Source: a virus
Lineage: Duplodnaviria > Caudoviricetes
Direction: 5' to 3' (one strand)
DNA: 64,000 nt
IMG/VR virus record: IMGVR_UViG_3300037501_000255
Positions 53,842 to 63,543 of the stretch are shown here, piece by piece; position 1 is the stretch's first letter, and every line of letters starts with the position of its first letter. Under the pieces are notes generated by a model, which had not been told where the DNA came from, did not search any database, and saw only the letters and a list, made by a program, of their open reading frames with translations. The position numbers and the translations under genes are program-made.

Positions 53842-56426
53842 CGCACAACTCCATCGACCCTAGTGAATGTCAGCCCTTCATCTGACTTTGAAGAGTTAAC
53901 ATCAACGAGAACACTATCCCCTTTAACGTAACCCCCTTCAAGAATGGCTAGTGAAAGCGGATCTTGTAGCCATCGCTGGATAGCCCTGCGTAGAGGCCGG
54001 GCTCCAAACTGCGGTTCAAACCCAGCATCAACAATGGCTTTAAATGCTTCTGGTGTTATCTCTAGGCTTAGTCGGCGAGCTGCAAGCATGCCGCTTACCT
54101 TCTTGAGTTGGATGTTGGCTATGTGCTCGATATTCTCTCTGGTGAGACCGTGAAACATGATCACATCATCGATTCTGCCGAGGAACTCGGGACGGAATGC
54201 TTTTCGTAGATCAGCGAACGCAGCCTCCTTAGCAGACTCTGGCAATGTGCCGTCTGCTGTAGTTGCTGCCAGTAGGTGCTGAGAGCCTACATTTGATGTC
54301 ATGATAATTACCGTGTTCTTGAAATCTACGAGGCGGCTTTGGCTGTCCGTAAGCCGTCCATCATCAAGCACTTGAAGTAGAATATTAAAAATGTCCGGAT
54401 GGGCTTTCTCGACCTCATCGAAAAGCACTACGGAGTATGGCTTAAGCCTTACAGCCTCAGTCAACTGTCCTCCTTCATCAGCACCCTTGTATCCGGGAGG
54501 GGCGCCGATAAGACGTGCGACTGTGTGTTTCTCTTGGAACTCACTCATGTCCAGGCGAATCATCGCACGTTCGTCATCGAACAGGAATTGGGTAAGTGCC
54601 TTGGCTAACTCCGTCTTGCCTACGCCGGTCGGGCCTAAGAAGAAGAAGCTGCCTACTGGACGGTTGGGGTCACTCAATCCCGAACGGCTACGGCGAATCG
54701 CCTTTGCAATGGCCTTGAGTGCTTCCTTCTGCCCAATAACGCGAGCCGAGATATGCTCCTCCATATGCAGAAGTTTCTCTCGCTCCGACTCTAACATAGA
54801 TGATACCGGAATTCCTGTCATATCCCCGACCACTCGGGCAATGTCTGCTGGTTCGACCTCCTCTTTGATTAGAGGCGTGCCGGCCTGAAGCTTTTGAAGT
54901 TCTTCAGTCGCAGAATCGAGATCTGCTTGGAGGCGCTGTAGCTGCCCATACTTTAGCTCAGATGCCTTGCTGATATTTCCACCGCGAGTAGCGGCCTCAA
55001 GCTTAGCATTCGTCTCTTCAATACCCTCTTTGATTGCGCGAATGGATTGAATCAATCCCACTTCGGCCTCCCAGCGAGACTTGAGAGCAGTTACAGTCTC
55101 CTCAACCGTCGCTATTTGGCGCTCCAGCTTAGCCTTATACTCTAGCGCATCACGATCCTTTTCTGCATGAATTGCGGAGAGCTCCATCTGCAACTGTGTG
55201 AGGTGCCTACTCTCGACATCAAGCGCGTCAGGCATCGAATCTATAGCCACTCTGATCCTAGACGCAGCTTCATCTACAAGATCAATTGCCTTGTCCGGCA
55301 GTTGCCGCCCAGAGATATACCTCTGGGAAAACTTGATTGCTGCGGTCAGCGCCGCATCTTGAATGCGGACGCCGTGATGAACTTCATATTTCGCTCTTAC
55401 ACCGCGCAAAATGCGAAGTGTTTCATCGTGAGACGGCTCTTCAATGAGGAGTGGCTGGAACCTGCGCTCCAGCGCTTTATCCTTTTCAATTGAGTTTCGG
55501 TATTCGTCCGGCGTGGTTGCGCCCAAAACCTGAATCTCGCCACGAGCAAGTGGCGGCTTGAGCATTTGACTAGCATCAGATGCCCCCTCACCTCCAGCGC
55601 CAACCAGAGTGTGAATCTCGTCGATAAATAGGATTGTGTTACCTTCTGCTTGATTTACCTCTGAGATTACAGCTTTGATACGCTCTTCAAACTGTCCTCG
55701 TAGTGAGGCTCCGGCCAAAAGCGCGCCCATGTCCAAGGCCATAATCCTACGGTCCTTCAGTGGTACTGGCACATCCCCAACAGCAATTCTTTGCGCAAGG
55801 CCATTGATAATGGCATTCTTGCCCACGCCGGGTTTACCAATCAAGATGGGGTTATTCTTTGAACGTCGGGATAGAACCTGGATAATTCTGCGGATCTCCT
55901 CGTCTCTACCCACAATGGGATCGATCCTGCCTTCCTTTACACGCTGCACTAGATCGATGGCGTATTTTGCAAGAGCGGAATCTGCTGTCTTCGGCGGCTG
56001 AGCCTTTGTTACCTTAACCAGGCCGCCCTCAAGGCGCTCTTTTGTAATGCCCGAATCGCGCAAAAGTCGGCCGCTTGCACCAGAATTAGTCTGAGCATCT
56101 GCCAGAGCGAGTAGAAAGTGTCCTGTGTCCACCTTTGCGTTTGCTTTTGTCGCAAAAACCTCTGCAGCTGATGTGATCTTTAGAAACCTAGGAGACAGGT
56201 AGTTTGATGCCTGAACCTTTGGAATCTTTAGGAGCTCAATATCGAGCCTGCGCTCAAGCTCTGCGGAGGGAGTATACTTGTCAAATACGGTTCGGATGGC
56301 GGGGTTCTGCAAAAGAACCTTGAGCATGTGCTCGGGCTCAATGGCTTGGTGTTGATTGGCCTTGGCGGCCTTCTGACTATCAACCATAAGAGTTTGTGCT
56401 TGCAAAGTGTACTTAGAAAGTTTCAT
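53838..56426 (-). CDS. clpB: ClpB disaggregase, full length
   Basis: Clp-N repeats, GKPGVGKN, FIDEIH, middle coiled coil, GPTGVGKTELAK, RLIGAPPGY, FGARPLRR. Confidence 0.97.
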   Translation of the reverse strand: MKLSKYTLQAQTLMVDSQKAAKANQHQAIEPEHMLKVLLQNPAIRTVFDKYTPSAELERRLDIELLKIPKVQASNYLSPRFLKITSAAEVFATKANAKVDTGHFLLALADAQTNSGASGRLLRDSGITKERLEGGLVKVTKAQPPKTADSALAKYAIDLVQRVKEGRIDPIVGRDEEIRRIIQVLSRRSKNNPILIGKPGVGKNAIINGLAQRIAVGDVPVPLKDRRIMALDMGALLAGASLRGQFEERIKAVISEVNQAEGNTILFIDEIHTLVGAGGEGASDASQMLKPPLARGEIQVLGATTPDEYRNSIEKDKALERRFQPLLIEEPSHDETLRILRGVRAKYEVHHGVRIQDAALTAAIKFSQRYISGRQLPDKAIDLVDEAASRIRVAIDSMPDALDVESRHLTQLQMELSAIHAEKDRDALEYKAKLERQIATVEETVTALKSRWEAEVGLIQSIRAIKEGIEETNAKLEAATRGGNISKASELKYGQLQRLQADLDSATEELQKLQAGTPLIKEEVEPADIARVVGDMTGIPVSSMLESEREKLLHMEEHISARVIGQKEALKAIAKAIRRSRSGLSDPNRPVGSFFFLGPTGVGKTELAKALTQFLFDDERAMIRLDMSEFQEKHTVARLIGAPPGYKGADEGGQLTEAVRLKPYSVVLFDEVEKAHPDIFNILLQVLDDGRLTDSQSRLVDFKNTVIIMTSNVGSQHLLAATTADGTLPESAKEAAFADLRKAFRPEFLGRIDDVIMFHGLTRENIEHIANIQLKKVSGMLAARRLSLEITPEAFKAIVDAGFEPQFGARPLRRAIQRWLQDPLSLAILEGGYVKGDSVLVDVNSSKSDEGLTFTRVDGVVR

Positions 56427-56439
56427 ATTTAATCGACCC

Positions 56440-56883
56440 TCATTCAGATGGATTATTCACTTCTGATATTACACTCTCATCCCATCCGCACGATATTTCA
56501 TGATCGCATGGGTCGTCACTAGTGTCCCATAGGTATAGATGCAGGAATTCATGGGCCGTCGCACCGTCCTCTACGGTAGGATATGTTTCCAAATCTGAGG
56601 CGATTTGAATCCTGGCTCTGGCCAGCCCCGAACCCGGCCAAAGGGCCGTCCCTGCCACCTTACGACCGTAGCTGTAAAAATACGACTCGTCCTTGCAAAA
56701 GATATCTGTCCGATTTAGTACTAGGAATGCATCAGGCAATAGATCTATGAACCTGAGGGCTACGGCCTCAAATTCAAAATCTGAATATGGGCAGTGCACT
56801 CCAACAACATTAACTTGCTTATTTGTACAAGCTACAGTGCACATCAGCATCAGTACTGTAAATAATTCGAGAATCCTCTTCAT
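56440..56883 (-). CDS. lipoprotein with HExxH zincin motif
   Basis: TVAC lipobox; TAHEFLH. Confidence 0.7.
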   Translation of the reverse strand: MKRILELFTVLMLMCTVACTNKQVNVVGVHCPYSDFEFEAVALRFIDLLPDAFLVLNRTDIFCKDESYFYSYGRKVAGTALWPGSGLARARIQIASDLETYPTVEDGATAHEFLHLYLWDTSDDPCDHEISCGWDESVISEVNNPSE

Positions 56884-56889
56884 ATATAA

Positions 56890-57381
56890 TTACTTTTCCG
56901 GAAGCTTGACTATGGAGACGGATGCGCGATCCTTAACATGCTCAGAGAAGCGTTCCAGTAAGAAGAGGTAGTCGTCCCACTTTCCTCCAGCCATTCCACA
57001 ACCAATGCCATATGGAAATGCTATACTGCTTAAGTCTGGCAGCAGTGATATCTTATGCAGACACCTGTAGAAATACCTGAGCCGCGCTTGAGCGCCATCT
57101 AGCTCGGATGCCGGATAGATGCGGTTACTACCAGGATAGTACTGTCCCATCATGTTGATAACAAATCGCTGCTGAATGCCGTCGCCGCACACTACTATAC
57201 TGCCCGGTTCATCGACCATTTTGGATGCAGCGCGAGCGCTATAGACATCGGCATAGGGAAAGCGCTGGAAGATTGCCTTGGCTAGTCCGGCAGCATGAGA
57301 TGTTAGGCAGTTAGTTTGGTGTGCTATGTATTGCGCATCCGAATCAATTATGTCACCATCAACAAAACTGAGATTTGTCAT
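56890..57381 (-). CDS. macro domain protein (ADP-ribose processing)
   Basis: VDGDI..IAHQTNC..AGLAKAIF..P.ADVY, IAFPYGIGCGMAGG.W. Confidence 0.92.
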   Translation of the reverse strand: MTNLSFVDGDIIDSDAQYIAHQTNCLTSHAAGLAKAIFQRFPYADVYSARAASKMVDEPGSIVVCGDGIQQRFVINMMGQYYPGSNRIYPASELDGAQARLRYFYRCLHKISLLPDLSSIAFPYGIGCGMAGGKWDDYLFLLERFSEHVKDRASVSIVKLPEK

Positions 57382-57827
57382 TGTAGATCTAGCTCTATAC
57401 TTTCAATTACAAATTCACCAGTCGGAACAGGATCGGTGTACTTTATACCAACCGGCAGGTACTTAAGGGTGGCGTGTGGCACATATTCTTTCCACGCATG
57501 CTGGACGGGGATGCCTTCGGCCTCCAGCTTCTCCCAAAGTGATTTGTGTAATTTCTCCAGCGACGGGTCGGCATCTATTGCCACACACCACGGCACACCA
57601 TAATCACCTGCGGGAAAAGACCTGAGATTACCGAATCTACATTTAATTGGCGGACACTCACGCGTCTCTTTAGAAACAACCTCGCGAAGCCTGGGAATTG
57701 CCTCTTTCTCAATATCTCCAACAAAGAGTACTGTACAGTGGGGAACGCTATCGTCGTCCCCGCCCCTATCTTCTGGGAAGAACTTATGTACACTATCTGG
57801 AAGTGGGGCGCATATGTATGCCTTCAA
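57378..57827 (-). CDS. 2H phosphoesterase (LigT/Acb1 superfamily)
   Basis: PHCTV and YVPHATL HxT motifs. Confidence 0.88.
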   Translation of the reverse strand: MKAYICAPLPDSVHKFFPEDRGGDDDSVPHCTVLFVGDIEKEAIPRLREVVSKETRECPPIKCRFGNLRSFPAGDYGVPWCVAIDADPSLEKLHKSLWEKLEAEGIPVQHAWKEYVPHATLKYLPVGIKYTDPVPTGEFVIESIELDLQ

Positions 57828-58051
57828 TTTACAGCTCCAGTGTCGCGCAGCTCCTTGTACTTTCCATGATATTCCACCACATCAAAGGCATTCATCAGAT
57901 CACCAGATACGACCGCAGCAAGCTCTGCGGTTAGAATCTTAACTGCTGCAGGGCAAAGTGCTTGGTACATCTGAATCTCGGATTCAAAGTGGCCAGAATT
58001 ATTGAGCGACTGCAGTAATTCGGCCCTCCTATTGTAACGAATAGGCATCAC
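57824..58051 (-). CDS. hypothetical protein
   Basis: overlapping start/stop packing. Confidence 0.5.
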   Translation of the reverse strand: MMPIRYNRRAELLQSLNNSGHFESEIQMYQALCPAAVKILTAELAAVVSGDLMNAFDVVEYHGKYKELRDTGAVN

Positions 58052-58623
58052 TCACCTCTATAACCATGATGGTCGGCTGGCTTCCAGCTTTTCTTTGCCA
58101 TACGAGCAATCACTTCCTCTAGTGACACTGGGGCGTATGAGTTGGCATCTACTCCGACATCCATGCTCAGTGCGGTGCGATCATCGGGCAGCGAACCATG
58201 ACTATGTCCGTATAGGTGAATTGCGCCATGGTGTGATTTGTTCCACACGCGCATGGCATAGTGGCACATCACAATCTTTGTGCCGTGCCTAACGCCCTTT
58301 TCTGCCGGCAGGTCAAGTTCAAAAAGCTTATGAACGGCACGGAAAGCCGCGCGAAATTCCGGCGAATTGAGGCAACCCCTATCATGGTTTCCTTCAATCA
58401 AAACCTTATTGCCATTCAGTCGATTGAGAACTCGCACAGCGCAGTCGGGCTTGCTGAGCGCAAAGTCCCCTATTACATACACGCAATCGTCATAAGATAC
58501 TCTGCTGTTCCAATTGCGAATCAGAGCCTCATCCATCTCATCTACATTAGAGAATGGTCGATTACAGTATTTGATGATATTGGCGTGACCGAAGTGCAGA
58601 TCACTCGTGAACCATAGTGCCAT
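58048..58623 (-). CDS. calcineurin-like phosphoesterase (phage type)
   Basis: FTSDLHFGHANI, VIGDF, GNHD, MCHY, HLYGHSH, DVGVD. Confidence 0.93.
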   Translation of the reverse strand: MALWFTSDLHFGHANIIKYCNRPFSNVDEMDEALIRNWNSRVSYDDCVYVIGDFALSKPDCAVRVLNRLNGNKVLIEGNHDRGCLNSPEFRAAFRAVHKLFELDLPAEKGVRHGTKIVMCHYAMRVWNKSHHGAIHLYGHSHGSLPDDRTALSMDVGVDANSYAPVSLEEVIARMAKKSWKPADHHGYRGE

Positions 58624-59158
58624 TCAGAAAATTCCTAATTTCCTCGATGTGAGATGTTGTGAGGCCAATGTCTGAGTCTGGGCAAATTGTGAGTAATCTA
58701 CCGTGCAGATCGAGGATTCTGCCGTTACGCGCCCATTCTTCATGAAATCCATTAGCGTCATCATCGATCCATACCACTTTTCCGCCGGGCTGGGACAGAA
58801 ATTGTTGCACAGCGCGAGGCTTCCATAAGAAGTCCTCTGCCGTTCGCCATCCATACATTCCCTCGTAGTGGGGCGGCGGCTTTTCTGCTAGAACTGGGTG
58901 CGAAATCCAGTCAAAGTGCAACCCAATGTTGGCATGAGCGTGATATCCCCACGTCGTAAGCCAGTGAGTTTTGCACCCTAATCTCTCCAGGGAGTCTCCC
59001 ATCTGGCGTGATAGATTCAACTTGTAACGACCAGATGCTTTTGTGGAGGTGAACTCTGGTTCAAATACCCAGTCTGGAGACCTCGACGGGGAAAACGGGC
59101 ACGGGTTTACAACTCCGTCTACGTCTAAGAGAATGTCACCTTTGGTTTGGTTTTCCAA
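58601..59158 (-). CDS. HAD-family phosphatase (RNA-repair 'Swiss Army knife' type)
   Basis: LLDVDGVVN, WLTTW, WK..AV, VWIDDD, GLT. Confidence 0.85.
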   Translation of the reverse strand: MENQTKGDILLDVDGVVNPCPFSPSRSPDWVFEPEFTSTKASGRYKLNLSRQMGDSLERLGCKTHWLTTWGYHAHANIGLHFDWISHPVLAEKPPPHYEGMYGWRTAEDFLWKPRAVQQFLSQPGGKVVWIDDDANGFHEEWARNGRILDLHGRLLTICPDSDIGLTTSHIEEIRNFLNGTMVHE

Positions 59159-59269
59159 AACTCAATGTCCTATCTATAATGTTCTCAGCTACATTTGGTT
59201 AGCCGCTACAGAGAACATAGTTCTCTTACTTGATTCCGGAAATGAGAGGAGTCGCATTCCTCCGTGGAA

Positions 59270-60229
59270 CTAGCGGATAACTCCTCCGCCAATCAACTCA
59301 TCGTCTCTGTAAACTGCGACAACCTGCCCTGTGCTTACGATGGTGCCTTCTGCAAGAGCAATATGCCCGCTCCCAATCTCTGAGACTGCGTACTTTTTAC
59401 CATGATATGCCACCTGCGCTGTCAGCATTCCGGATGCTTGGGGCATGTTCCGCCAGAGCACACGAATTTCCCTCGTGACCGGAACCTCCTTGCCAACCAA
59501 GATGCGCTTGGTATCCACAGATACAACGGTATCTCCGCCAAAGCCCTTACGCTGACCAATGGCCGGGCGTCCAGTGTAACGACCAATCTGGATTAGATCG
59601 CTGCCGCTTGACCTGACAACTTCACGATCAAAGGACGGTAGGAGGTGGTTAAAACACAAGTTCTGTGAATCTGGAGTTGACGCTGTCGATAGTCCAACCT
59701 CAGATGCAACTGATCGCACATCGCTCTTATGCATGTGGCCTAGTGGAGTCAGCCAGAATTTTAGCATCGCTCTGTCAACGAGACTCACCATATATGACTG
59801 GTCTTTTTTAGGATCTCGCCCTCGGAAGACGCGCCCACTATCGTTAATGAAGTAGTGCCCGCTGGCAAAATAATCACATTGGAGAACTTGCCTATAGTAG
59901 TTGAATAGCGGAGCGCGCACATCTGCATTGCACGTTGTGCAGGGGGAAGGTACGCCGCCGGCGGACCATACCTGAATGCTTGGATCAATTACCTTCTTCG
60001 TAAAGAGTTGCCGAACATCTGGAGTGTGGAGTGTGATGCCCAGCTTATCGCACACACTACGCGCTCGACTGATTGCCGACTCAGCGCAGCATACATAGTC
60101 ATCACAGTCAGTAGGCTCATTTACTTGCTTGAGAAGCACGCCCTCCACAAGGAAGCCTTGCTGCTGTAGTAGGTAGGCGGTTACACTGGAATCCACGCCG
60201 CCGCTGATACCGACCAAGACTTTGCTCAT
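59270..60229 (-). CDS. mnmA: tRNA 2-thiouridylase
   Basis: VGISGGVDSSV, PSPC..CN, ASGHY, KDQSY, K..VR..A, DSQNLCF, IGQRKG, GGG. Confidence 0.93.
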   Translation of the reverse strand: MSKVLVGISGGVDSSVTAYLLQQQGFLVEGVLLKQVNEPTDCDDYVCCAESAISRARSVCDKLGITLHTPDVRQLFTKKVIDPSIQVWSAGGVPSPCTTCNADVRAPLFNYYRQVLQCDYFASGHYFINDSGRVFRGRDPKKDQSYMVSLVDRAMLKFWLTPLGHMHKSDVRSVASEVGLSTASTPDSQNLCFNHLLPSFDREVVRSSGSDLIQIGRYTGRPAIGQRKGFGGDTVVSVDTKRILVGKEVPVTREIRVLWRNMPQASGMLTAQVAYHGKKYAVSEIGSGHIALAEGTIVSTGQVVAVYRDDELIGGGVIR

Positions 60230-60633
60230 GCACGAATCCATTTCGGATAGAGTTGACTGGCTATGTGAGTATGAGTGGCGGCTGGTTCTGGAATAATTAA
60301 TTACTTATCATTTTTACAGAACAGGCAATTGCCGAAATAGGCAGTTATGTGCCGAGAGCACATGATTCCTATTCCTAGGATGTTTACTGCCCTCCCACCA
60401 TACAGTAGGGGCTCAGGTTGAAGAGTGTGGTCGACCACCGGGAGTCTAATATATGGCTTATCAAGATTCTTTATTGGTTTCTTCATCTTCTAAAGATTCA
60501 AAGTCTATATCTGAAAGATGTAGGACTTCCTCACATTGTTCATGTGGCATGGCGCAGCATTCAGGACAATGGTATGCGCGGGGGGTGGGGTATATACCAA
60601 CCTCGGCCAGTGCATGCCTGGCTATATGGTAGG

Positions 60634-61207
60634 TCAAAGCGCAATTCCTTTGATCTCAGCAAAGATCCTGTTGAATGGGCGCAGTGTGGCGTCATGCACT
60701 AAAGTAGTGCACAACTGAAACAGGGGGATATAATGTTCTTTTGTTTCCTTGAGCTGCTTTGTGCGAAAACCCTCGTCCTCAGGCGGGGATCGCAAATTAT
60801 CGAGCCTGTCCGCAGCCTTCACAATCATGAATCCAGGATATTGACTCTCAAACTTCAGATTGTCAATATAGCTATCTTTATCTGTCTTTGTGAGCGACCT
60901 CACCCATTCCGCCCGAAAAGTTCTTCTGTAAGTGACGACAGGAGCTCTACTTCCTCGGAGTCTTCGATTGAATCGTGCAGAAGTGCTGTGATTATGAGAT
61001 CGGGGCTGGTAAACCCGGCATCAATTAGAATCAGTGCCGTTCTGCGCAGATGTTCGAAATATCGGAGTGGTTTGCCATCTGGACCCAGTTCTTTGCGCAC
61101 CTGACCCTTGTGAAATTTTTAGCAAGAAGATATGCCTTCTCTACCTTTTGAGCATCAGGGTGAGACATGATACGGTACACTTTACACATGAATTCTGCGC
61201 GATTCAT
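60634..61207 (-). CDS. HD-domain (p)ppGpp-hydrolase/Mesh1-like protein, two frameshifts
   Basis: AYLLAK / HKGQVRK..YFEH..ALLHDSIED / V..LTK..VKAADRLDNLRS. Confidence 0.82.
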
Positions 61208-61247
61208 ACATCCTCCTATGGCAGCGTAATGAGCACCACTTTATTGG

Positions 61248-61457
61248 TCAAGCGGCTCCTGCGTGGAGTGAATTGGCAAAATCCGTCAGAAGCTCAATTA
61301 CCGCATGGCGGTTTGCCGCTATATGCGTTTCGCCATTTGAAAGCAAAACCATGTAGTCCTGCCCTTGGTGTACTGCCGCAATGTCCTGCCCTCCGCATGT
61401 GACGACCCATACCGAGTTTGTGCGTTCACTAAATATCAAATCTTCTATAGAGAACAT
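61248..61457 (-). CDS. hypothetical protein
   Basis: ATG after AGGAG. Confidence 0.55.
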   Translation of the reverse strand: MFSIEDLIFSERTNSVWVVTCGGQDIAAVHQGQDYMVLLSNGETHIAANRHAVIELLTDFANSLHAGAA

Positions 61458-61465
61458 GTTGACTC

Positions 61466-62030
61466 CTAGCTCCGCACAATCAGATCTGCGGGTATGCGCG
61501 GTATTCGGGGTTGGCGTGGTTGGTCCGAAAGTGGCGGAAGAGAAATAAGAAGAAGGTGCAGAAGAAGCCAGAGGGCGACGCCGATGCAGCGTAGCTTCCG
61601 ACTGGAATCATGGCGCGGTTGGGACAGGTGCGTGGACCGAAGCGTGGCGGCGTTTGAGGTCGATTTCGGAAGTTTGCAGGTCGAGGCTACGAGCTTTGGC
61701 TGATAGAGGCCGATGAGATTGATGACCTGCTCATATCTTGGCTCGTACTCCGATTCGGCCGAGTCCACAAGGTCCGTAGCAAGCTGCCTTGCCCAGATGT
61801 CGACCGGCAGCTTGTTCGTCTCCTTAGAGACCTGCACTGCCTTTTCCAAGTCGGCTTCGTGCTCAGTCGCTAGGGCTCGGCAAATACGAGCGATGTCATC
61901 GATGATGTCTGACTGATGTCTGTCCTTGAACATCTGGCGTCTGGCGTCCGCAAGCCTCTGGAGCAAAAGCTCTGGGTCAGAGTCCCGGTTCTCGTCGTCC
62001 GGCAGGTAGTCGCGTATGGAGCTAGTCATG
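61466..62030 (-). CDS. hypothetical protein in GC-richer block
   Basis: probable start MTSSIRD; 3' part likely frameshifted. Confidence 0.45.
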
Positions 62031-62181
62031 TGCGGTGTAGGCCTCACAGGCAACGTGCCGTTCAACCATAGGTTGCCCTTGCCACAAGGTGAACCTATCG
62101 TTTCAGAACCGTTGCAGCTTGGTCTTGAAGCCATCCCGTTCTGTATCCATTAGATCTTTGAGCCACTTTTCAGTGGCAAGT

Positions 62182-62609
62182 TCATTTTCTGATGGATGGA
62201 AGGTTTTTGGCATCGATCAGCAGCGGCGCAGACAGAGGGTCGTGGTTGAGCAGGTGCAGCTTGGCTTCTTGAATCCTGTTCTTCACCCAACCGATGTCGG
62301 CCTTGAGAATGTCCTTGTTCGGCTGCACGGGCAGCGGTGCCTCGTCGTTGACCCTCCTCTTACCTGGGGGCTCCTGCGCGCGGATCTCGTCGGCATGGTA
62401 CTTGGCGTTAACGACGATCTTCACCGCCTTATTTCTGGCTTCTTCCAGTATTTTGGCGCCCGCGCGTCGACAACGGTCACGTCTCTTCTCAAGGGAGGTC
62501 GCTAGCTGCTTCTTTTCCTTCTCTAGCTCTTCGCGTAGCTTCACGACCTCTGACAGCGAGGCAAGATCGGGAGGCCGAGCATAGAAGGTTGCGATGCAGA
62601 CGCCCATAG
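62182..62609 (-). CDS. coiled-coil hypothetical protein
   Basis: heptad region; start uncertain. Confidence 0.45.
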
Positions 62610-62774
62610 CAGCTAAACCCGCTCTTGGTGCGGTTGTCGCGCTGGACAAACCCGGCAGAAATCACCTTGCCGTGAACGGCCCTTGCTGCGTCGGCGTGCC
62701 TGACGGTTGGTGGGAAAATGATCATGGTTTCATTGCCGAAACCAGCCATCTCGATCAGAACGTATTTCGGGTCA

Positions 62775-63122
62775 TTACCCACGTTGGTTCCGGTCCTGTC
62801 GGCTGTTTATGATACTCCGGCACTCCTGACACCAGGTCGGCATGGCGGCCCATCGAAGGGCGTCGGTCTTGGTCTTGTGCCCCACGCAGGTACCGTGCGT
62901 ATCGCAAACCGAGAACCACGGAAGCTCCTCAGCCTCAGACCCGGCACCAGCCTGTTCGGCCGTGCAGACCGTGATTCTGAGGCTGGATGCCCGGCACGTG
63001 CGCGTCACGGGCATTTCCCTGAGAAGGGACGCCGCGTGCTTTACGGCGGGATGCTCGGCCAGCCCACGAGCCGAGGCGTCCTTAATGAACTTTTTTACTG
63101 CCTTGATGTCGAGCTTGTCCAT
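62775..63122 (-). CDS. hypothetical protein
   Basis: ATG after AGG; VCDTHG..WCQEC. Confidence 0.6.
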   Translation of the reverse strand: MDKLDIKAVKKFIKDASARGLAEHPAVKHAASLLREMPVTRTCRASSLRITVCTAEQAGAGSEAEELPWFSVCDTHGTCVGHKTKTDALRWAAMPTWCQECRSIINSRQDRNQRG

Positions 63123-63285
63123 ACCTTACCTATAGGCACCTCATCAGGGTCGTCAAGAGGAGCTTTACTTATTCCTGTTCTTTGGTACGCCTGCACTTTC
63201 TCAGCGACCCGCGCCGGCGGTTCCAGTGCTGACCAGGGTATGCGCGGTATGGTGATGGGAACAACGCAGCGCTGATAATTAATTA

Positions 63286-63489
63286 TCAGAAGTCTGCAGG
63301 GGGTCTGCTGCTGTATAAATCCTTATGCCACCCACCGCCTTTTAGTTGAAAGGTGGTTTTAGATATTATCTTGGCCATGGAATCCGCCGCCCCACACTTC
63401 TCGCAAATATGCGGTGGAGGGTCGGTAAGGCGCTGAAGTTGCTCAGAAATGTCGTGACACACCAGGCATTCATAATCGAATAGTGGCAT
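63286..63489 (-). CDS. FmdB-family zinc-ribbon protein
   Basis: MPLFDYECLVC..CEKCG..KIIS.TTFQLKGGGWHKDLY. Confidence 0.92.
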   Translation of the reverse strand: MPLFDYECLVCHDISEQLQRLTDPPPHICEKCGAADSMAKIISKTTFQLKGGGWHKDLYSSRPPADF

Positions 63490-63543
63490 AGTTACTCCTA
63501 TCAATAAAACTTGACACTTAAGAAACTTATTCTCGGAGGAATT

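Noticed and set aside
241-63520. Sigma70 promoters at TTGACA sites (about 275, 33065, 34695, 63500)
   Set aside because: No -10 hexamer at 16-18 nt spacing, and no consistent alternative promoter motif could be supported by eye.
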